A DNA stretch of 24,000 bases from Bacilli bacterium (GCA_035270985.1 DATESD010000171.1:1-24000); one strand, 5' to 3'. Shown: positions 8,842 through 18,582, counted from the stretch's first letter. The notes: a model not told the origin generated them from the sequence alone. Program-made: numbers and translations.

Positions 8842-11281
8842 TATAACTAAAAAAATTAATGCATTTGTTGATGAAAAGATTTTGAATGAAAATCTCGAAG
8901 ACATTGTTGGCGAAAGGTTTGCCCGCTATGCTAAATATATTATTCAAGATCGTGCTCTCCCCGATGTCCGTGATGGCTTAAAACCAGTCCAAAGAAGAAT
9001 TCTTTTTGCGATGTATAAACTTGGGCTTTTTAGTAATAAGCCTTACAAAAAATCGGCGCGAATTGTCGGTGATGTAATTGGTAAATACCATCCTCATGGA
9101 GATACTGCTGTTTATGAAGCGATGGTGAGATTATCACAAGACTTTAAAATGCGATTACCACTAGTTGATATGCATGGTAATAATGGTAGTATTGATGGTG
9201 ATTCACCAGCAGCTATGCGTTATACTGAAGCAAGATTATCAAAATATGCGGAATCATTACTTCAAGATATAAATAAAAAAACAGTAGGTTTTATTCCAAA
9301 TTTTGACGACGAGGAATACGAACCAACAGTTTTACCAGCAAAATTTCCTAATCTCCTTGTAAATGGGTCGACCGGCATATCAGCGGGATATGCTACTGAT
9401 ATTCCTCCTCACAATATTGATGAGATTATTAATGCCGTTATCTACCGGATGAATAACCCTGAATGTAGTTTAAAAGAGATTATGAATATTGTTAAAGGCC
9501 CTGATTTTCCGACTGGTGGGATTGTCCAAGGAATTGAAGGAATAAAAAGTGCTTATAAGAATGGCCGCGGCAAAATTATTGTTAAGTCGAAAACGGAAAT
9601 TATTGAAGAAAAGAATATGTTTAAATTAGTTATTACTGAGATTCCCTATGAAGTTAATAAATCAGTACTAGTTAAAAAAATGACTGATGTTGTTGAAGCT
9701 AAAAACGTCGATGGTGTTATTGATATTCGTGATGAGAGTGGTCGTGACGGACTACGAATTGTCGTTGATATTAAAAAAGACATTAACCCTGAATTCATCC
9801 GTAATTTCTTCTTTAAATCAACTGATTTACAAGTGAACTATAATTTCAATGTGATAGCTATCGCTAATAAACGACCAACGCAAATGAGTTTAATCGAAAT
9901 TATCGATGCTTATATCGCTCATCAAAGAGAAATTGTTACTAATAAAAGCAATTATGAACTGCATAATGCAAAAAAGAGATTGCATATAGTCGAAGGTTTG
10001 ATTTCAATGATTTCGATTTTAGATGCCGTAATTAAAACGATTCGTTTTTCGGCGAACAAGAAAGATGCTAAAGAAAACCTCGTTTCAACGTATGAATTTT
10101 CCGAAGAACAAGCGGAAGCAATTGTTATGTTGCAACTTTATAAGTTAACTAACACTGATATATATGCTTTGCAAAAAGAAAAAGAAGATTTAAATCATAG
10201 TGTTGAACAATTAAACGATATTTTATCTAATGAGTCTTCATTGCTGTCGGTTATAAAAAACGAATTACTAACGACCCTAACAGAACTATCTTCACCACGA
10301 AAAACTGTTATTGAACATAAAATTGATGAAGTTAAAGTTGAAGTCAAAGAACTAATAGCCAAGGAAGATGCGATTCTTTTAATAACTCGTGATTGTTATA
10401 TTAAAAGAATGACACCGAAAAACTACGCTATCGAAGAAGAAACGAAGCTTAAAGATAATGATATTATTATCGCAAAATACGATGTCACGACGCTTGATAC
10501 TTTGCTGTTATTCACTAACCAAGGTAATTATGTATATTTGCCAGTGCAAAACATTCCTGATGTTAAACATAAAGATTTGGGGCGCAATGTCAGTACCCTA
10601 GCTTCAATTGCCGCTGATGAAAAAGTAATCTTCACAGTTGCCATTGATGACTTTAATGCTGATCGCTATCTTTTGTTTACTACTAAAAATGGTTTGACGA
10701 AGCGAACACATATTCGTAATTTGAACGCTGAGCGATATTCTCGTGCTTTAAAAGCAACAAAGATTCGTGATAATGATGAATTAGTTAGTGTTGATATTTG
10801 CCACGGTGATGAAAATGAAGTTGTCATGGTAACGAAACTAGGATTTATAAATCGCTATAACGCTAATGAAATTAGTTTATTTGCTCCCGCCTCTTTTGGT
10901 GTCAAAGCTTTAGAGATGAAGGGTAGACCTGATGACGAGGTCGTAGCAGGCCATTACATAGATAGCAAAGATACAATTATGTTGTTGAATCAAAAAGGCG
11001 TAATTAAAAAGATGAAGCCAAGTGATATTACTAAAGGCAAGAAAAATCATGTAGGTCGTCAATACGTTGCAATCGCAAAAAAGAATCCGGTTTATGTTGT
11101 CGATTGTGAAATCATTCATAAAAACAATGCTGATTTTAGTAATGACAATATCTTTATCGAAGGTACTGAGGGATTAACAGGACTAAATTCAGCCGGCAAA
11201 ACAAGCCCTAAAATAGGGGACATAGGTAGTGTAACAAAAATAATAATGGCGCGCAACAATAGCGATTTCGCTAAGGATTAG
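8825..11281 (+). CDS. parC: DNA topoisomerase IV subunit A (ParC)
   Basis: [20 protein letters not shown] and the ParC-type block [24 protein letters not shown] (GyrA has ..GQGNFGS..). No GyrA-box (QRRGGKG) at the start of the C-terminal domain. GGAGG at 8812-8816. 17-nt overlap with parE. Confidence 0.88.
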   Translation: MAKKSSITKKINAFVDEKILNENLEDIVGERFARYAKYIIQDRALPDVRDGLKPVQRRILFAMYKLGLFSNKPYKKSARIVGDVIGKYHPHGDTAVYEAMVRLSQDFKMRLPLVDMHGNNGSIDGDSPAAMRYTEARLSKYAESLLQDINKKTVGFIPNFDDEEYEPTVLPAKFPNLLVNGSTGISAGYATDIPPHNIDEIINAVIYRMNNPECSLKEIMNIVKGPDFPTGGIVQGIEGIKSAYKNGRGKIIVKSKTEIIEEKNMFKLVITEIPYEVNKSVLVKKMTDVVEAKNVDGVIDIRDESGRDGLRIVVDIKKDINPEFIRNFFFKSTDLQVNYNFNVIAIANKRPTQMSLIEIIDAYIAHQREIVTNKSNYELHNAKKRLHIVEGLISMISILDAVIKTIRFSANKKDAKENLVSTYEFSEEQAEAIVMLQLYKLTNTDIYALQKEKEDLNHSVEQLNDILSNESSLLSVIKNELLTTLTELSSPRKTVIEHKIDEVKVEVKELIAKEDAILLITRDCYIKRMTPKNYAIEEETKLKDNDIIIAKYDVTTLDTLLLFTNQGNYVYLPVQNIPDVKHKDLGRNVSTLASIAADEKVIFTVAIDDFNADRYLLFTTKNGLTKRTHIRNLNAERYSRALKATKIRDNDELVSVDICHGDENEVVMVTKLGFINRYNANEISLFAPASFGVKALEMKGRPDDEVVAGHYIDSKDTIMLLNQKGVIKKMKPSDITKGKKNHVGRQYVAIAKKNPVYVVDCEIIHKNNADFSNDNIFIEGTEGLTGLNSAGKTSPKIGDIGSVTKIIMARNNSDFAKD

Positions 11282-11291
11282 AGGTGCTTTT

Positions 11292-12323
11292 ATGAGTTGT
11301 ATAAAAAATATTAATAGATTTTTAATCCCCAATGATGTGATTGTTGTTCTAGGTGAGATTTACAGGTATATTGGAAATTCCAAACGCTATAACGAAGTCG
11401 TGGGCGGTGATAAGGAAAGAGTAATCGAACAAACAGTTGAGCGTGATGCATATTTCCTGGGATCTTTGATAAAACTTGATATCAGCGATATGCGTAGCCG
11501 TCTTATTATTACTAAGGATTCTAGTCCGCGTAATAAAGAAGAAACAACCTTGTATAATCTTAAAGATATGTTGATGACTTTACAAAAAAGACCTAAACAA
11601 TTTGGAATTCAAAGTAATGATATTTTAAATATTATCAATTTTGTCTTTTCTCACGCTAATAATCCGATAAAATTTGATTACGCGACGACAGAAAAGAAGT
11701 CTATCTTGCAAAGCCAGAACATGAAAAGCAAGAGATTAATTATTGATGAAATTACGGAAGATATTAACACGCTATTACAAAATAATAGCTTTGAAAAGAT
11801 CACGCTTTACTTGCATTACTTTATCGATTTTTATAACATAAAACCCTTTACTGCACAAAATGAATTAGCAAGTTTGTTGTTGCTGTATTTATTGATAATT
11901 AAGACAGATGTTGAAGCGTTTAAATATGTTAGTTTTTTCCAATTGGTTAAAGAAGATTACCATAATTTCCAAACGGAACTACTTAATGCAAGTTTTAACT
12001 GGCAAGAGGGGTATTCGCAATCGCTTGGTTTTATTCGTTATATGGAAAAATTAATTTTAAAAGGATATACACGAACAGAAGAAATTATCAAAAATTATAA
12101 ATTTGATCAAAAGTTAAATAAAATTGATAATATTGAACGAACAATTAGCAATATGAAAGAAGTATTTGCTAAAGAAGAAATCAGAGTAATTCACCCCTAC
12201 GTCAGCGAGTCAACGATCAATAGGGCTTTAATCAATCTTCGCGATGGTGGTTATATTAAGCCAATTGGCAAAGGCCGGAGCGCAAAGTGGATGAAAGTCG
12301 CACGAGGTTATAATAATGACTAA
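11292..12323 (+). CDS. Fic-fold-like protein with degenerate active-site motif and a C-terminal winged-helix domain (putative; the coding call itself is solid)
   Basis: GAGGTG RBS 5 nt before the ATG, 10 nt after the parC stop. Residues 175-200 (HYFIDFYNIKPFTAQNELASLLLLYL, nt 11814-11891) align by eye to the Fic core h.F..IHPF.DGNGR..RLL, but with His->Lys and GNGR->QNEL. The C-terminal STINRALINLRDGGYIKPIGKGRSAKW resembles the wHTH tail of many Fic proteins. Confidence 0.45.
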   Translation: MSCIKNINRFLIPNDVIVVLGEIYRYIGNSKRYNEVVGGDKERVIEQTVERDAYFLGSLIKLDISDMRSRLIITKDSSPRNKEETTLYNLKDMLMTLQKRPKQFGIQSNDILNIINFVFSHANNPIKFDYATTEKKSILQSQNMKSKRLIIDEITEDINTLLQNNSFEKITLYLHYFIDFYNIKPFTAQNELASLLLLYLLIIKTDVEAFKYVSFFQLVKEDYHNFQTELLNASFNWQEGYSQSLGFIRYMEKLILKGYTRTEEIIKNYKFDQKLNKIDNIERTISNMKEVFAKEEIRVIHPYVSESTINRALINLRDGGYIKPIGKGRSAKWMKVARGYNND

Positions 12324-13104
12324 AGCTAATTATCATACTCACACGTATTTATGTGGTCACGCCGAAGGCTTGCCTATTGATTATGTTAAAAAAGCAATTG
12401 AACTAGGCCTTGAACATATTGGCATATCTGATCATGGTTATTTAAAAAGCAGATGGACAGAAAGAATGAATCTTGATTCCTACCAAAACATTTACTTAAA
12501 AAACATCGATGAAGCTATCGAAAAATATGGTGCTAAAATCAAAATTTTTAAAGGCTTAGAATTAGAATATCTTGAAGGATATGATGATTTATACAAACGT
12601 TATTTTAAAGAAAATGATTATTTAATGTTAGGCCAACATATTGTTGAAGTTGACCATGTAGATTTTGATTTATATAAACCAATGAATGATAAGTTAATTA
12701 TTGCTTACAAAAATGCAGTTATAAAAGGGATGGAAAGTGGTTATTTTAAAATTCTAGCTCATCCTGATTTATATATGCTGAGATACTTAGAATGGAATGA
12801 CTTAACAGAAGCGATTGCTATTGCAATTACCGAAAGTGCGATAAAAAATGATGTTTATTTAGAAATAAATAGCAATGGCACGCGAAGAACAGCGACATAT
12901 ACAAATGATCTAGAATTAACGTGGCTATATCCACGCTTAGAATTTTGGCGAATTGTCAGTCGCTATCCAGAAGCGAAGGTAATTGTCGGCGACGATGCTC
13001 ATTATTTAGATCACCTTCATGATCTAGCCGTGAAAAATGCAATCTTGTTTGCCCAAAAATTGGGAATAAAATTACATGATAAGATTCTATCGGTGCTAGA
13101 ATGA
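12316..13104 (+). CDS. PHP-domain phosphoesterase, HisJ (histidinol-phosphatase-like) family
   Basis: N-terminal NYHTHTYLCGHA, then GISDHGY, ILAHPD and VGDDAH, which together form the PHP metal-ligand pattern. 8-nt overlap with the upstream gene. Confidence 0.75.
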   Translation: MTKANYHTHTYLCGHAEGLPIDYVKKAIELGLEHIGISDHGYLKSRWTERMNLDSYQNIYLKNIDEAIEKYGAKIKIFKGLELEYLEGYDDLYKRYFKENDYLMLGQHIVEVDHVDFDLYKPMNDKLIIAYKNAVIKGMESGYFKILAHPDLYMLRYLEWNDLTEAIAIAITESAIKNDVYLEINSNGTRRTATYTNDLELTWLYPRLEFWRIVSRYPEAKVIVGDDAHYLDHLHDLAVKNAILFAQKLGIKLHDKILSVLE

Positions 13105-13880
13105 ACCGGAAAAGATTTGTTTATTGGTTAATTAGCATTATTGTTACGTTGGCCTTAATAATTTATATTTGGTTTTCTGATGATGAATACTATATGTTTT
13201 ACACATTATTAGGCATGGGATTGATTTTCCCTAACTTCACATTTAAAAAAATAGAAAAGCGAAAATTAATGGAAATTATTGTTGATTATTCACAAACGGG
13301 GAATGTTAAAAAGTATCTTGATTCTTTAAGCCTTTTCAACAAGAAAATGGTAAAAAATAAAAAAAATAAATATTTTGATTTAATATCATATGCCCATGCT
13401 TATATGGATATGGGTAACTTTGAAGGGGCAAAAGATATTTTAGATAAATTAGTTGAAGAAGAACCAAGGTTTACAAGTTTAATTCGCTTTTTCTATTATC
13501 GAGCGTGGATAAATTATTTCCTAAATTACGGTTTAGATGGTGAAGCTAAAAAACTTTTAGATCAGTTAAAAGCGATGATTGAGTTAGCAGCTCCACAGCT
13601 TAGACAGCAATACATTATTAATTATCAAATTTTGGTGGCGAAATATAATATTCGTTGTGATGTCCTACTAATTGAAACAAAAGCAACATTGAAACAAATA
13701 ATCGATGCTAATCCGACGCCTTTAATGACAGCATCGACTAGTTACTACGTTGGAATTATCGAATATAAACTAGGCAATTTTAGCGAAGCTAAAAGCATCT
13801 TTAATGAGGTCGCTAAATTTAATGAACAGCTCCATTTTGTTGTTAAAGCAAAAGAATATTTACATAGATTATCAGAATAG
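13101..13880 (+). CDS. Membrane-anchored helical-repeat (TPR-like) protein, function unknown
   Basis: ATGA overlap with the PHP gene. Two N-terminal hydrophobic helices (YWLISIIVTLALIIYIWF, YTLLGMGLIFPNF). TPR-like repeats are present, e.g. ISYAHAYMDMGNFEGAKDILDKLVEEEP and SYYVGIIEYKLGNFSEAKSIFNEVAKFN. Confidence 0.6.
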   Translation: MNRKRFVYWLISIIVTLALIIYIWFSDDEYYMFYTLLGMGLIFPNFTFKKIEKRKLMEIIVDYSQTGNVKKYLDSLSLFNKKMVKNKKNKYFDLISYAHAYMDMGNFEGAKDILDKLVEEEPRFTSLIRFFYYRAWINYFLNYGLDGEAKKLLDQLKAMIELAAPQLRQQYIINYQILVAKYNIRCDVLLIETKATLKQIIDANPTPLMTASTSYYVGIIEYKLGNFSEAKSIFNEVAKFNEQLHFVVKAKEYLHRLSE

Positions 13881-13905
13881 AGCACTGAATAAAAGTGCTT
13901 TTTTA
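13881..13905 (+). terminator. Rho-independent terminator of the parE operon
   Basis: AGCACT-GAATAAA-AGTGCT followed by TTTTT, starting 1 nt after the stop codon. Confidence 0.8.
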
Positions 13906-13913
13906 AGGTAAAA

Positions 13914-13942
13914 TTGACTTTTTATGCGATTTTTATTATAAT
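13914..13942 (+). promoter_or_regulatory. Sigma-70 promoter of the two-component operon
   Basis: TTGACT (13914-13919), exactly 17 nt of spacer, TATAAT (13937-13942). Confidence 0.65.
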
Positions 13943-13971
13943 AATAGTAAGTAATGACGAAGAGGTGTTTT

Positions 13972-15561
13972 ATGTATAAATTGATACTTGTAGACGATGA
14001 ACAAGATGTACGCAATAGAATTATTGCCTCAATTCAGAAAATTGATAGTGGGTTTGAAGTTATTGCCAATTATGACAATAGTTTAGATGCTTTTGAGGGT
14101 ATAATTCAGCTGAATCCAGATTTGGTTGTTACAGACATAAGAATGCCATTTATGACGGGGATTGAACTTTTGAAGAAAATCAAGGAAAGCCTACCTTTGA
14201 TTAAATCAATTATTATCACAGGCTTTGATGAATTTGATTATGCGAGACAGGCGATTGATTTAGGAGTTTCTGGCTTCCTAACTAAGCCGATTACAATGAC
14301 TGATTTAGAAGAAGTTTTGCGGAAAGCAAAAGAAGATCTCGATGAAGAGTTCCAGCGAAATACTAACCTGGAGAACATGGAAAACTTTATTAAAGAATCG
14401 TTGCCCTTGATTAAAGAAAATAATTTGCAAAGATTGATATCCTTATCTAATCCAGAAAAAAAATTCTTAAAAAAATTAGAAGGTAACGGTATATTTTTAA
14501 ATTATAAATACCATTTAGTTACTGTTATGGATATGGACTTAGATTTAGAAAATACTAACATCGAAAAATATGAGATGAATTTTCTTGCTGTTAAAAAGTT
14601 TATTGATGAAGGCTTACAAAATTACTTTTACCATGAGACATTTACTAAAAATGATGAAATAGTTACGATTATTAAATCTAATGATGCTATAACAATGAAG
14701 CAAGTAGAACATTGTTTTGAATATGTCTTGATGAAAACGAAGAAGTTCCTCGAGTTTACAATCAGTGTCGGCATTAGTAATTCATCTACGCATAAAAACT
14801 TTAAAGAAATGTATCGTGAAGCTCAATCTGCTCTCGAATTGCGTTCAATAATGGGTGGGAATGAGATCTATTTTGTGAGCAATATTGATAGCAATTATCG
14901 AAAAGTCCGGATGATTGATGATGATGAATTAAAGGAATTGAGTTATGCAATTAAGTACCGCACAGGAAGTGAAACAAAAGCTTTATTAATGTCGCTTAAG
15001 GAAAAAATTGCTAAACCAGAATACATCATATATAACCCTTTTAATCTATCTAACATTTTAAACTCTATTGTAAAGTCATGTGATGACTTGGATATTTTCT
15101 ATGGAGAAAGTAAAATGTCTTTTTATGAAAGATTATTTGAAATGAAAACCTTAGATGAAACATTTAATTGGTTTGAAAGTTTAATCGGTAAAATTAAAAC
15201 GATTAACCAAAACACTATAGCTGACAGTATCCAAAGAAATTTAAATAAAATTACTAATTATATTGATTCTCATTACACTGATAATGATTTAAGTTTAGAA
15301 TTTTTATCAGATAAAGTAAATATAAGTATTAGTTATATAAGTGCTATTTTGAAAAAAGAGCAAAACACAACTTTTGTAAAATATGTAACATATTTGCGAA
15401 TGGAAAAAGCTAAAGAACTTTTACAAAATCCTAACATGAAAATAGTAGATGTTGCTGAGGCAGTAGGGTATAGTGAGCCTTATTATTTCAGCCATAGTTT
15501 TAAAAAATATCAGGGCGTGTCCCCGAAAGAGTATCGTACGAGTGAAAGTACGGAAAAATAA
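13972..15561 (+). CDS. Two-component response regulator, CheY receiver + AraC-type HTH (YesN family)
   Basis: Receiver motifs ILVDDE and VVTDIRMPFMTGIELL. C-terminal AraC HTH: ISYISAILKKEQNTTFVKYVTYLRMEKAKELL...GYSEPYYFSHSFKKYQGVSPKEYR. I prefer ATG 13972 (MYKLILVDDE, GAGGTG just upstream) over the track start at 13954, which would lie about 5 nt from the predicted transcription start. Confidence 0.85.
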   Translation: MYKLILVDDEQDVRNRIIASIQKIDSGFEVIANYDNSLDAFEGIIQLNPDLVVTDIRMPFMTGIELLKKIKESLPLIKSIIITGFDEFDYARQAIDLGVSGFLTKPITMTDLEEVLRKAKEDLDEEFQRNTNLENMENFIKESLPLIKENNLQRLISLSNPEKKFLKKLEGNGIFLNYKYHLVTVMDMDLDLENTNIEKYEMNFLAVKKFIDEGLQNYFYHETFTKNDEIVTIIKSNDAITMKQVEHCFEYVLMKTKKFLEFTISVGISNSSTHKNFKEMYREAQSALELRSIMGGNEIYFVSNIDSNYRKVRMIDDDELKELSYAIKYRTGSETKALLMSLKEKIAKPEYIIYNPFNLSNILNSIVKSCDDLDIFYGESKMSFYERLFEMKTLDETFNWFESLIGKIKTINQNTIADSIQRNLNKITNYIDSHYTDNDLSLEFLSDKVNISISYISAILKKEQNTTFVKYVTYLRMEKAKELLQNPNMKIVDVAEAVGYSEPYYFSHSFKKYQGVSPKEYRTSESTEK

Positions 15562-17278
15562 TTTTTTAAACAAAAAAAGATCGATAGAGTTTAATATTCT
15601 CGTTTCTTGTCTATCGATTATGGTGGGATTTTCTTTGCTGTTAAGCTTATTGTCACTAAATAGCTTTTCTGAATTTGTCCAAAATACTTCTGAAGCCCAA
15701 ACAAAAGAAATTAGCCGACAAATTGTTCATAATTATGATAATTACATTTCAACAATCATTGATGCCTATAACGGTATTCAAGTAAAAATTGACAACTTAG
15801 ATGTTAAGGCTAGTGCTGAAGTGACTAGAGGTTATCTTGAAGATTTCTTGTTATTTAAAACCGATATTACCGACATTTCTTTGTTTTCTCTTGATGGTGT
15901 ACTCTATGGATCAACAACTACAACTATTTATAATCCAGGCTTGGTAATCCAACAAGCTTGGTTTGAACGGGCTGTCAATGAGCCATCATTAGTCTTTTTC
16001 TCAAATCCTTATATTGTCGATGGTGATTTCCGTATTTTAGTCAGCAAAGTAGTTAAACATAATCGGGGAACTGAAAAAGCTTTGATGATGATGGAATTAG
16101 ACTCGAGTCCGATAATTAACCTTGCTGAAAGTGCGAATTTAGGCAAAGAAGGGCGAATATTACTGCTAGACAGCGATTATAACAATATTTATTCGTCGAT
16201 AAACGATAAAGAACTAAGTAAAGCTATTCGGACCGTCAAAGAAATTATTATTGGTTCTGGTAAGGCACACCTTAATAGCTATGATATGGATGTCAATGTT
16301 GACACACTAACAAATACTAAATGGAAAATTGCTGTTTTTATTAATATTGATAACACAAAAGCTGTTCAAGAAAATTATATTTTTATTATCATCATTATTG
16401 GTCTATTTATGGTAGTGGCTGCGGTTACGATTATTGGGTTTACTTCCCGAAGAATTGCCAATCCATTAAAGGTTTTAGAAAAATCGATGAAGAAAATTGA
16501 ACAAGCAGACTTTTTAATCATCGAACCCGTCGAAGAAGGTTCGCAAAAAGAAGTAGCAAGCCTTAGTAATAGCTTTAACTTGATGATGGCCCGAATCAAA
16601 GAGCTGATGGACCGAATTATTGTTGAACAAAATGCTCAACGTGAAAGCGAGTTAAAAGCGTTACAAAGTCAAATAAATCCTCATTTTCTATACAATACTT
16701 TGGATTCGATAGTTTGGTTAATTGAAAACGATAAAAACACTGATGCCTCGCAAATGGTTGTGGCGCTCGCAAAATTATTTAGAATAAGTATTTCGCGCGG
16801 GAGAAATATAATTACTATCAAGGATGAATTAGAACACGCTCGTAGTTACTTAATTATTCAAAGATTTCGCTATTCCGATTCTTTTAAATATGAATTTGAT
16901 GTCGATGAAGAAGTGCTAGAATACACTACAATGAAACTTATCTTACAGCCTTTAATAGAAAATGCTATCTATCATGGCTTAAAAAATATAATTGATGAAG
17001 GCTTTATTAAAATAGGCGCTCATCGCGAACAAGATAATGTTGTTTTTACGGTAACAGACAATGGCTATGGCCTAAAAAAAGAGAAGATCGAGCAATTATA
17101 CACTAATTTTAAAAATCCTCACCTAAATGATGGCGTTGGATTGAAAAATGTATATTTAAGATTAGTATTATATTATGGTAAGGCGGCAGATTTGCAAATT
17201 GAAAGCGAACTTGATGAAGGAACAACCATAAAAATAATAATACCAATAAAAAGGAGTGAGCAGAATGTTGAGAATTAA
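15542..17278 (+). CDS. Sensor histidine kinase, YesM/LytS-like (2 TM + extracytoplasmic domain + HAMP + His_kinase + HATPase)
   Basis: Motifs LKALQSQINPHFLYNTLDSI, LIENAIYHGL, VTDNGYGL and GVGLKNV. There are two TM segments. The start is uncertain: there is no ATG/GTG/TTG between the regulator stop and the first TM helix. In-frame GTG 15542 gives MKVRKNNFLNKKRSIEFNILV... and overlaps the regulator by 20 nt. Confidence 0.8.
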   Translation: MKVRKNNFLNKKRSIEFNILVSCLSIMVGFSLLLSLLSLNSFSEFVQNTSEAQTKEISRQIVHNYDNYISTIIDAYNGIQVKIDNLDVKASAEVTRGYLEDFLLFKTDITDISLFSLDGVLYGSTTTTIYNPGLVIQQAWFERAVNEPSLVFFSNPYIVDGDFRILVSKVVKHNRGTEKALMMMELDSSPIINLAESANLGKEGRILLLDSDYNNIYSSINDKELSKAIRTVKEIIIGSGKAHLNSYDMDVNVDTLTNTKWKIAVFINIDNTKAVQENYIFIIIIIGLFMVVAAVTIIGFTSRRIANPLKVLEKSMKKIEQADFLIIEPVEEGSQKEVASLSNSFNLMMARIKELMDRIIVEQNAQRESELKALQSQINPHFLYNTLDSIVWLIENDKNTDASQMVVALAKLFRISISRGRNIITIKDELEHARSYLIIQRFRYSDSFKYEFDVDEEVLEYTTMKLILQPLIENAIYHGLKNIIDEGFIKIGAHREQDNVVFTVTDNGYGLKKEKIEQLYTNFKNPHLNDGVGLKNVYLRLVLYYGKAADLQIESELDEGTTIKIIIPIKRSEQNVEN

Positions 17279-18326
17279 AAAAGCATTACTACTTATTGCA
17301 TTTTTATTAATTTCTCTAGTTACTGTTAGTTGCAAGAAAAACACGGTGCAAATAGGTGTTTTAGTTTATAGTGAGTCTGATGCTAAAATAAGTGAAATAA
17401 TAGAATATGTTAAAACAAATATAAATTCCGAATATGAATTGTTGATTAAATATGCTAATCAATCACAGTCAGTGCAAAACGATCAATTCTTAGAAATGCT
17501 AGACTTGAAAGTTGATTTAATTCTCGTTAATTTGGTTGATAGATTGGTCGCTAACACGTTTGTTGAGAAAAGCAACATAACTAATACTCCTTTAATTTTC
17601 TTCGATCGTGAGCCATTATACGAGGATTTATTGCGAGGAGATGCTGCTTATTATGTAGGTTCAGACTCGAAAGGCTTCGGAATATTGCAGGCGCGAATGT
17701 TGAAAACAGTGTCAGGATCTGCGTATGATCCAATTAGAGCCGTTGATAAAAACAATGATGGTATATTGCAAATTGTATTTATGAAGGGTGAGCAAGGCCA
17801 CCAATTAACTGAATATATTACGGATACATGTATTTCAGAAATCCTTGCTAAGCAATATAAAATAGACGTTTTGACGATGGAATTCACTGATTGGCGCCGA
17901 GAAACAGCTAAAGAAAAAATGGCTAAAATTTATAAGAAATATGGAAATAGTATTGAAGTTGTCATTGCTAACAGCGATGAATTAGCTTTAGGAGTAATTG
18001 ATTTTGTTATCGAGAAAAACTTGAAATTAGTTTCCTCAGGAAATAAAGAATTCATGCCGTTTGAAATTATCGGGGCGACCGCCAATGAAGAGAGCATCGC
18101 CGCAATAAAAAAAGGTTTTATATATGGTAGTGTTATTGACGATCATATTGCCAAAGCAAAAGTTATCATATCGCTAGTTGAATTTTTACTTTATAAAAAG
18201 CCGGGAGATGTATTTTCGATTACAGAATGCGAAGAGGGAATCGACAAGGACAATATTTGCGCGGAAAATAACCTTATGATTTACATATCGGGTGAAGAAA
18301 TTAGTAAAAAGACTTTGAACAAATAA
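17265..18326 (+). CDS. MglB-like (periplasmic-binding-protein type I) sugar-binding lipoprotein
   Basis: AAGGAG (17251-17256) lies 8 nt before ATG 17265. Signal peptide with lipobox ..LVTVSC. Blocks recalling galactose/glucose-binding protein: QNDQ...VDLILVNLVD, PLIFFDREP, AYYVGSDSKGFGILQ, NNDGILQIVFMKGEQGH, IEVVIANSDELALG. Confidence 0.78.
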   Translation: MLRIKKALLLIAFLLISLVTVSCKKNTVQIGVLVYSESDAKISEIIEYVKTNINSEYELLIKYANQSQSVQNDQFLEMLDLKVDLILVNLVDRLVANTFVEKSNITNTPLIFFDREPLYEDLLRGDAAYYVGSDSKGFGILQARMLKTVSGSAYDPIRAVDKNNDGILQIVFMKGEQGHQLTEYITDTCISEILAKQYKIDVLTMEFTDWRRETAKEKMAKIYKKYGNSIEVVIANSDELALGVIDFVIEKNLKLVSSGNKEFMPFEIIGATANEESIAAIKKGFIYGSVIDDHIAKAKVIISLVEFLLYKKPGDVFSITECEEGIDKDNICAENNLMIYISGEEISKKTLNK

Positions 18327-18344
18327 TTCGAATAAACAAAAGAT

Positions 18345-18379
18345 AAACCACCTTGTTCTAATGAAGGGTGGTTTTTTTA
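18345..18379 (+). terminator. Rho-independent terminator of the sensor operon
   Basis: AAACCACC(TT)-loop-(AA)gGGTGGTTT with a one-nt bulge, running into T7. Confidence 0.7.
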
Positions 18380-18582
18380 ATTTTATGTCAGACAAATTAT
18401 TTAAATATGCTAGTATAGGTCGCGTGAGAGAAGATTAGGAAAAGCATGATAGGTAATCAACAATAAGATTCTCTAATAAGCCGTGTAGCGATAGGGATCT
18501 CGTAAACAAAACCATATATACATATAATAGAGAAATGCTATTTTTAAAAAAACATATTTTATCAAACAGCAAACGAAGAAGA

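Noticed and set aside
9088-9123. Possible quinolone-resistance substitution in the ParC QRDR ([12 protein letters not shown])
   Set aside because: Thr at the Ser-equivalent position and Glu four residues later are natural wild-type variants in several bacteria. Nothing indicates an acquired resistance mutation.
6871-11281. Alternative call of this gene pair as gyrB-gyrA
   Set aside because: The A subunit has the ParC-type [11 protein letters not shown] block and no GyrA-box (QRRGGKG) at the start of its C-terminal domain. The pair sits beside plsY, as parE-parC do in Bacillus.
14455-14480. A8 and A7 homopolymers inside the response-regulator gene (and A7 at 15574-15580 in the kinase) as phase-variation switches
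   Set aside because: Lys-codon A-runs of this length are ubiquitous in 30% GC coding sequence. The frames are intact, and there is no evidence of slippage variants in a single sequence.
13954-17264. Track start codons 13954 (regulator), 15473 (kinase) and 17256 (binding protein)
   Set aside because: 13954 lies about 5 nt from the predicted transcription start and has no RBS. 15473 lies deep inside the regulator gene. 17256 is a GTG inside the AAGGAG RBS. The downstream starts 13972, 15542 (tentative) and 17265 fit the RBS spacing and the expected N-termini better.
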